From an uncultured virus (IMG/VR IMGVR_UViG_3300035208_003294) (taxonomy: Duplodnaviria > Heunggongvirae > Uroviricota > Caudoviricetes): 64,000 nucleotides of DNA. How positions within the stretch are numbered: position 1 is the first letter of the stretch; each line of letters begins with the position of its first letter. A program made the translations under genes and the position numbers. The notes beneath the pieces are model-generated. The model saw nothing but the letters and a program-made list of their open reading frames with translations. It was not told the DNA's origin and did no database searches. The stretch lies in IMG/VR virus record IMGVR_UViG_3300035208_003294. The stretch is one strand, 5' to 3'. This document shows positions 57,954-64,000 of this stretch, piece after piece.

Positions 57954-59417
57954 ATGGCAACTCTTGAAGAGATGAAACAGGAACTAAGCGTTCACAAGGA
58001 AGAATGGAAGACGAAATACAAAGTGACTGATATAAGCATCGGGCTAAAGGAATCTGGCGGGATCCTTACAAACGAACTATGCTATCAGTTCTGGGTGAAC
58101 GAGAAGAAAGTCCTCGAAGCAATGAGCGCAGATGAAGTCATCCCTAAAACCCTCTTCGAGAAGAAAACCGATGTTTGGGTAGAGAAGAAATGGTACTCTC
58201 AAGACATCGTTCCAGGGACGATCCCCATGGACATCCCAACAAACGTCCGCGTCCGGCCTATACAACCAGGGTGCGGAGTCGGGAATGAGAAGATAACCCA
58301 AGGAACTCCTGGTGCCCTCTATAAAATACCTGGACTAAACAAGAAATTCCTGCTGTCCAACGGGCACGTACTTGCTGCAGACCCATTCAACTACATCAAG
58401 AACCAATCGAGCGTTGCCTGCCTGCAGCCCGGGCCCTATGGTGGCGGAAGCAACCCTGCTGATTACATCGGAAATCTGCGGTTCATGATGCTATTGAACG
58501 ATCAAACCGATGGTGCCGTTCCTCCGGTGTATTCAATAGGGTGTATTGAGGACGAGATAAACTACGTTGCAGACGGTCAGAGATTCGTTATGAACACATA
58601 TAATGATGGAACAATCTCTTCCCAAGGAGCTGCCCCCAACACTGCTGATTGTGCCCTATGTGAGCTGGCCGATGGAGTGGACATGATTCCAACACCCATA
58701 GATGAGAAGGATTCCCCAAAGACACCGTCTTGCATCCTTCAACCAGGCCAGAAAGTCAAGCTCACAAGCTGGCGCATGAACGGAACAACCTGCGGAGTTG
58801 TCACCTCTGTTGGAAAGAGCGCCCAAGTAAACTATAGTAATAACAAAGTAGCCAACTACGTAGACCTGATAGTGACTACCAAGATAGGGGAGCCCGGGAC
58901 ATCCGGATCCGGAGTCATAACTGACGACGAAGCCCAGGCATTCGGCGGATTGAACTTCGCAGGAGACGGTTCAATGAATCTTGTCTGCTCTATTCAGCAC
59001 ATCAACGCCGCCTTTGGAGGAAGCGTAGTCTGTGTCGACGGTTCAACCGATCCGATAGAACCCCCGCCTCAGCCCCCGGAGAATGAGATATGGGATATCC
59101 ATGGCCTCATCGTTGACGAAGACATGAATCCCATAGAAGGCGCAGAAGTAGTAACGCTATCCGACCTCGGAGTAAAGACCGACCAAACCGGTGCTTATCG
59201 TATCGAGTACGTCGTAGCTCCTGGAACCCCAAAAATCGTAGACTGGATCGAAGTCTATAAACCAGGATACTACCAAACACAACAGATCGCAAGCATCGAA
59301 GGCAAGACACAGATGAATCCGATAGTGCTGACAAAAATAAAGAAGGAAAGAAAGTTCATTGGAAATTTGAACTTCTTCGGTATACAGATGCCGATAACCG
59401 GCGTCTTAACCGACTGA
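57954..59417 (+). CDS. Trypsin-like (S1/Nal1-like) serine protease with pro-domain and C-terminal carboxypeptidase-regulatory-like domain
   Basis: RVRPIQPG..VG....GT.G, LSNGHVL (His), DCAL (Asp), GTSGS (Ser), GLNFAG. Confidence 0.85.
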   Translation: MATLEEMKQELSVHKEEWKTKYKVTDISIGLKESGGILTNELCYQFWVNEKKVLEAMSADEVIPKTLFEKKTDVWVEKKWYSQDIVPGTIPMDIPTNVRVRPIQPGCGVGNEKITQGTPGALYKIPGLNKKFLLSNGHVLAADPFNYIKNQSSVACLQPGPYGGGSNPADYIGNLRFMMLLNDQTDGAVPPVYSIGCIEDEINYVADGQRFVMNTYNDGTISSQGAAPNTADCALCELADGVDMIPTPIDEKDSPKTPSCILQPGQKVKLTSWRMNGTTCGVVTSVGKSAQVNYSNNKVANYVDLIVTTKIGEPGTSGSGVITDDEAQAFGGLNFAGDGSMNLVCSIQHINAAFGGSVVCVDGSTDPIEPPPQPPENEIWDIHGLIVDEDMNPIEGAEVVTLSDLGVKTDQTGAYRIEYVVAPGTPKIVDWIEVYKPGYYQTQQIASIEGKTQMNPIVLTKIKKERKFIGNLNFFGIQMPITGVLTD

Positions 59418-59741
59418 TTTCTTTACTTGCTCAAGGGCAAGTCTTTTTTCTTCTATTTTCTTTTTCTCGAAAATCTGTTTGTATAGCGTCATCAGGTTTG
59501 TTTGCAGGAACACGATCAATGCGAAGTAAGTCGTTATCTGATCCCAAATCCCGGCTTCCGTTATCACCTGGTTCTGAAGATACATGACGAGTCCGATCAT
59601 CGCTCCGAAAGCTATCGTGATCCCGAACTTCACCCAGTCAAAGGACTCAGGAGATTCGCTTGCTTTCTTTTTGACCCAGAAAGTCCCCGCGTATACCATT
59701 GCTGCTATTATTGCATATAGCATAGTTAAAGTTGGTTCCAT
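59406..59741 (-). CDS. 3-TM membrane protein, holin-like
   Basis: Three hydrophobic helices, FDWVKF..T motif, basic C-terminal tail. Confidence 0.65.
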   Translation of the reverse strand: MEPTLTMLYAIIAAMVYAGTFWVKKKASESPESFDWVKFGITIAFGAMIGLVMYLQNQVITEAGIWDQITTYFALIVFLQTNLMTLYKQIFEKKKIEEKRLALEQVKKSVG

Positions 59742-59763
59742 AGTTAACCCATTAGAATGAAGG

Positions 59764-59776
59764 TTTAAAAGCCTTT
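59764..59776 (-). promoter_or_regulatory. BRE-TATA (AAAGGC-TTTTAAA) for 59406..59741
   Basis: TTTTAAA 23-29 nt upstream of the ATG, preceded by purines. Confidence 0.55.
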
Positions 59777-59785
59777 GCTTCAGTA

Positions 59786-60217
59786 TCAGCCCAAAGGAAC
59801 GTTTATCCTTGGGATTAATGGAAGAATCTTATCTTCCCTTCCCTGGCTTTTTTTTGAACTTAAACATTTCATATAATGCAGTCTAGCAGTCTCGCATTCA
59901 TCGTCATCATGGTCTGATTTTCCCATACGATTAGCCGACCAGCTAAGCAAATTCTCCAAAGTCAAATCAGACAGGAAACCCATTACTGCGGTTAATGCAA
60001 GGTTTGGCTGGATCGCGCCAAATGCGCCATAGAAGAAAGGATCTCTCATAAGGAATCCAACAAAACCGCCCATGGCTATGTCGGAGAACAATCCTAAAAA
60101 GAAATAGCCTCTTTGTTTATCAAAGAAGGGAGCGTACAACTTACCTTTATGGGATCTCAATGATTTTATCAAACCTCCCAAGGCCCCCGCGATAACACAC
60201 TCAAAAGTAAATATCAT
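59786..60217 (-). CDS. DUF4257-like membrane protein
   Basis: GALGGLI......GKL..P......LG..SDI..G. Confidence 0.65.
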   Translation of the reverse strand: MIFTFECVIAGALGGLIKSLRSHKGKLYAPFFDKQRGYFFLGLFSDIAMGGFVGFLMRDPFFYGAFGAIQPNLALTAVMGFLSDLTLENLLSWSANRMGKSDHDDDECETARLHYMKCLSSKKSQGREDKILPLIPRINVPLG

Positions 60218-60405
60218 TATTTAAACCCTATGATTAGATATTTTATTCAATCCCATATAAAAACTAAGATGTTGTCTCTATCGTTCTCGACACCTTTGAA
60301 ATTGTAGGTCTTTCAATCGATGGGGTGATTGATTCTATTATTGGCTGCTCCGGTGCGAACACCGGTTGCCAAACCGTTCCTCCTTCTCCTCCTGGCATTT
60401 TCTTT

Positions 60406-63400
60406 TTACCTCGTGTACGTTGTCCAGTTTATCTTGAAACTCTGGCTCAAGTTTGGTGGATTGTAGTAATCAGCCCAGAGCCATATCATCTGCGAGCCTC
60501 CGATACTGATGTTATTGTATACTGTGTACCTGGTGTTCTCTGTGAAGTTCACCGCCATAGAAACATCTGAACTGTTCCCCCATTTTAAGGTGACATTCTG
60601 AATGGATCGGTTGACCCACAGAACTGCAGCCAAAACATCAGTATAATTGTTGCTGAAATTCAGTGCGCCAATGGTGGCAGACTGGCCGCTAATATTGACG
60701 TTCTTCTCACTCCTATGCCTCGGGAAGAAATATATGTTGCTTATTCCAGAGGACTTACCTATTCGGGCATCATATTGACTCTCATAGGTAAGGTTCGAAA
60801 GGTCGAAAATCAAATTCCCTCCCCAGATGCTTGAAACAGAAATGTTGTACTGACAAGTACCAGACCAGGAATAATTGGAACAATTGTTCAAGGGGAACGT
60901 TATTGCCACCGGGCCCGGGAACGAACCATTCTGAGAATAGAAATTTGCTACTGTGCAGGATCCGCTAGATAGATTGATACTCACATTCTCTGGTGCCGGT
61001 GTCGTATTGCTTACCCAAACCGTCTGATTGACGAAATACGCATTACAAGGGGCCGAAATATTAAACGATGATCTAGTGCTGTTTATAGTTTCATTAAATC
61101 CTACCACGTCTACATAGTAGAATCCTGAAGCATTTGAATTTCTGCAGATCACGTTGAATCTGTTATAGCCCAGGTTCGATAAAGTAGTCATCTCCTTTGA
61201 AGCGCTTATTGTTGAATTCACGAAAGTATCGTAGACATCGTTCACGTAGACGCTGGCGTTACAGGTCCCTATACCAAAGTAGAGTTCGGGAGTCCTATCA
61301 CTGAAAAACGTTCCATTAGTCGTGAGGTTCACGTCCTGGTTGGAATAAGTGAAAGTCTCGCTTATGTTGCTGAACCCCCCAACATCGTACTCAGTTACGT
61401 TGAAATAATAAACCTCTGAAAAAAGATCTCCAATTATTGCCGAACAAAGGTTTGCAGAGCAGTTCATTACATATTGCGTTCCTGACCAGCTTAAGTTCGC
61501 GCTACTAAAGTTCACGTCTGAATATGAAGCGTTAATGAATACAGACCTGTTGAAAGCCTCAACAAAGTTATTTGTTGGACTCACAATAGAAACGCTCTGA
61601 GGCCTATTAAGAGTGAAAGAGACATTAGAGCTGTTCACCACATTTCCTGCAGTATCGACACAAGAAACATAAGCGCTATGCAGACCATCATCATAAGTAT
61701 TCGCTACATTGTGTGTGTATTCCACATTACTTGGGATTGAAGATAAAAGCCACCAAACAGCTTCTTCACCAAAATCTATTCCTCCCACATAATTCCAAAT
61801 TGGATACCAAGAGGTTGTTCCATTTTGGCAGCTTAAGTTTTGTGTGTTCCACATATTGAAATATGATTTTAGGCGTAGGTTTAGCGTGGTTCCATATTCA
61901 AAACAAGAGGAAGGTATGGTCTCATTGTATAACCAATAACTGCTTCTTCCATAATATATTTTTGATGAATTTTGAGTATTTATGGGCTTGGTATAATTCA
62001 CATAAAAATAACTTGTGTCGCTCGTTCCATAACCACCTGTACTAAAAATTCCGTCGTAGTATTTTGTAGCTGGGTATGTCCCCGAGAAAGTGCCAGTATA
62101 ATTATAGGTCCCTGTATTCAGTCCCCCACATGTAGTGGCTACGTTTGCAGTTTCCTGGTAACACCATTCGGATTCCGATTCAGAATCCTTTACCCCGTCT
62201 ATAAATAAAGAGCAATTATAAGCATCTTCCGGACCCGATACTGTGTAATTAATATTTGGTTGTGAGGTAAATGATGCATTGAGTGACGAGTTCAACACGA
62301 CAACAGTTCCACACGACGACGACCCATTTTGACATGATGACCCATCAAAATAGCATTGTTTACCATTTCCAGCACCGGTACCAGTATATCGTGATTCACA
62401 ATCTGAAGGATTGGTTTCCAAAGTGCAGGATGAAATATACGTTCCGGTACAGGCTAATGTGGTGGTGGTGGTCGTCGTTGTTGTCGTAGTGGTTGTAGTT
62501 GTCGTAGTGGTTGTAGTTGTCGTGGTCGTGGTTACGTTGACTGTGAAGTATTGGCTTACCTGCGCTAGGTTTCCAGCTGTGTCGTTCGCGTAGACGGTCA
62601 CAGAGTAATTGCTATTTGACAGGTTCAACGTGATATTTTGGCAGGCTGATAAACTGATTGAGGCCGTGCTGTTGACTGAGTACCAGCATTGTTGAAGGTT
62701 CGTGTCTTGGGCAGTATAGTTCAAACTGATGTTCGCAATGCTATAAGTCGTATTCGCAGGAGATTGGATGGTGATGTTCGGAAGAATCGTATCAACTGTC
62801 AAAGTCCTGGTCTCGCTTGTTCCGTTGTTTCCTGACGAATCATTAGCCCAGCCATAGTATGAATACGTGCCAGAAGAGAGATTAGACATGTTCGCGTAGA
62901 ACCTCCATTCCGTGCTGTTATACTGGTTCCAAGTCCACACATTGGCCAACCGGTATACTGGGAATAAGTAAGAGGAATTCATACTTGAGAAGTTATTGTA
63001 TACTTCTGTTGTATTCTGATACGTTGTGTAGATTTGAGATTCCGCAGAACCACTACAGCAGCGAAACCCGAGGTAGCCGGTCACGGCCGAAGGCGCGGCG
63101 GCCAGGCTGGCGCAGAACACGCCCGCAGCGGCCCCATGGAGCCAGGTGCCGCCCCGGAGAACCGCACGCCCGCTGGTCGTGTCGCCGTAGAAGTATACGT
63201 CGTCCATGCCGTATCTCCCGTCGTCGGCTGCGCTCGTCGTAGACCAGTTGCCGCTCGTTGTATTGATATAATACCACCCGCTCGTAGGACCCGGCGCAAT
63301 GGTTGTAACCGATTCGTTAACCCACTCCCATAGGTTCCCGACCAGGTCGTATACGCCTTCCGTTGAGCGGCAATTCGTCCTGGAACCAGTCAAACATACC

Positions 63401-64000
63401 CGGTTGTCAGCGTATGAGCCGTTAATCTGGCAGAAATAATTTGTATTACAATTCAACGAGGTATCGCTGTCGTCTCCCGGAATATAATGCCCTGATTCTC
63501 CGGTAGGCAGATAATAGACGGTTCCAAGAACGTTCGCCGCAGCAAGCCACTCATCCGAGGTGCAAAGGTGCTTTCCTGTGTTGGCGCACATCTGCCGAGC
63601 CTGCTTCTGCGAAACCCCGGCCAAAGGCACTACGTTGGGTCTACTTGTAGCATTAACGCTTGTCCCAGTATCGCTATCTATGCCTCCGAACACTCCGCTT
63701 ACGGGAACGCACAAGGACGCATTACAATACCCCTCAGACGTGTAGCTGGCGCAATTACTGCCCGGAGAGCCGTCGCATCCCGGAACACTCGCCTCATACT
63801 GGTCGATGCAGTACCCGCCCAACGCATCGATATACGACATGTTCCCGCTGCAATTCACCGCATGGAAAGTAGTGTTGGTCTCATTCCAGTTGAACTTGAA
63901 GGTGTCCAGGTTCTCCTCCTCTATTGAGATATTAACTTCTATCCAGTTCCTACCAATGATGCTTTGATTAGCTTCGGTAGGGGGCTGGAAGGAAAGATTA
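60406..64000 (-). CDS. Large surface/virion glycoprotein, 5'-truncated: Ig-like repeats, FGE-sulfatase (CLec-fold) domain, poly-Thr linker
   Basis: Frame stays open from 63858 to the window end; YCIDQYEAS, KHLCTSDEW, GVYDLVGNLWEW, LRGG.W, GFRCC; very many N-x-S/T sequons. Confidence 0.88.
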   Translation of the reverse strand, partial: NLSFQPPTEANQSIIGRNWIEVNISIEEENLDTFKFNWNETNTTFHAVNCSGNMSYIDALGGYCIDQYEASVPGCDGSPGSNCASYTSEGYCNASLCVPVSGVFGGIDSDTGTSVNATSRPNVVPLAGVSQKQARQMCANTGKHLCTSDEWLAAANVLGTVYYLPTGESGHYIPGDDSDTSLNCNTNYFCQINGSYADNRVCLTGSRTNCRSTEGVYDLVGNLWEWVNESVTTIAPGPTSGWYYINTTSGNWSTTSAADDGRYGMDDVYFYGDTTSGRAVLRGGTWLHGAAAGVFCASLAAAPSAVTGYLGFRCCSGSAESQIYTTYQNTTEVYNNFSSMNSSYLFPVYRLANVWTWNQYNSTEWRFYANMSNLSSGTYSYYGWANDSSGNNGTSETRTLTVDTILPNITIQSPANTTYSIANISLNYTAQDTNLQQCWYSVNSTASISLSACQNITLNLSNSNYSVTVYANDTAGNLAQVSQYFTVNVTTTTTTTTTTTTTTTTTTTTTTTTTLACTGTYISSCTLETNPSDCESRYTGTGAGNGKQCYFDGSSCQNGSSSCGTVVVLNSSLNASFTSQPNINYTVSGPEDAYNCSLFIDGVKDSESESEWCYQETANVATTCGGLNTGTYNYTGTFSGTYPATKYYDGIFSTGGYGTSDTSYFYVNYTKPINTQNSSKIYYGRSSYWLYNETIPSSCFEYGTTLNLRLKSYFNMWNTQNLSCQNGTTSWYPIWNYVGGIDFGEEAVWWLLSSIPSNVEYTHNVANTYDDGLHSAYVSCVDTAGNVVNSSNVSFTLNRPQSVSIVSPTNNFVEAFNRSVFINASYSDVNFSSANLSWSGTQYVMNCSANLCSAIIGDLFSEVYYFNVTEYDVGGFSNISETFTYSNQDVNLTTNGTFFSDRTPELYFGIGTCNASVYVNDVYDTFVNSTISASKEMTTLSNLGYNRFNVICRNSNASGFYYVDVVGFNETINSTRSSFNISAPCNAYFVNQTVWVSNTTPAPENVSINLSSGSCTVANFYSQNGSFPGPVAITFPLNNCSNYSWSGTCQYNISVSSIWGGNLIFDLSNLTYESQYDARIGKSSGISNIYFFPRHRSEKNVNISGQSATIGALNFSNNYTDVLAAVLWVNRSIQNVTLKWGNSSDVSMAVNFTENTRYTVYNNISIGGSQMIWLWADYYNPPNLSQSFKINWTTYTR
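62457..62535 (-). repeat. Coding poly-Thr tract
   Basis: ACN codon run. Confidence 0.9.

Noticed and set aside
62985..63927. GC-rich overlapping ORFs as separate genes
   Set aside because: By-products of locally high GC within the FGE domain coding region
60406..64000. Complete DGR locus
   Set aside because: No reverse transcriptase, Avd or template repeat found in the window; only the VR-like signature is reported

Overview
This window looks like part of a head-tail (Caudoviricetes-like) virus or provirus of an archaeon. Almost all genes lie on the minus strand, tightly packed and mostly starting at AAAATG. TATA boxes sit about 23-30 nt upstream of several starts, and the ERCC4 nuclease, single-OB SSB and sequon-rich surface proteins point to a DPANN/Altiarchaeota-like host (inference). 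Reading right to left: a truncated surface glycoprotein with an FGE/C-type-lectin domain whose end has a DGR variable-region signature; membrane proteins; a plus-strand trypsin-like protease; small and large terminase; a DUF1073-type portal split by an assembly gap; an intein-containing NTase-ligase-phosphoesterase fusion; and a 3387-aa multidomain protein (Ig-like, discoidin, thermonuclease, PEGA). About 35 kb of small accessory genes follow, including a PRTRC-like ParB, ERCC4, a Topo VI-A-like Toprim protein, a ThiF/E1, a Gly-Gly-ending ubiquitin-like candidate, DUF932 and SSB. The most unusual elements are (i) a 28.9-33.3 kb array of small genes separated by a conserved 19-bp junction repeat and carrying two aberrant tRNA-like elements, (ii) a dispersed Ubl/E1/ParB conjugation-like system, (iii) several long, densely base-paired non-coding regions at 2.8-10.1 kb, and (iv) the repair-enzyme fusion and giant protein placed where head-assembly genes normally follow the portal. 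I recognised no major capsid protein, polymerase, integrase or reverse transcriptase. All family calls come from motif recognition by eye; no database search was run.
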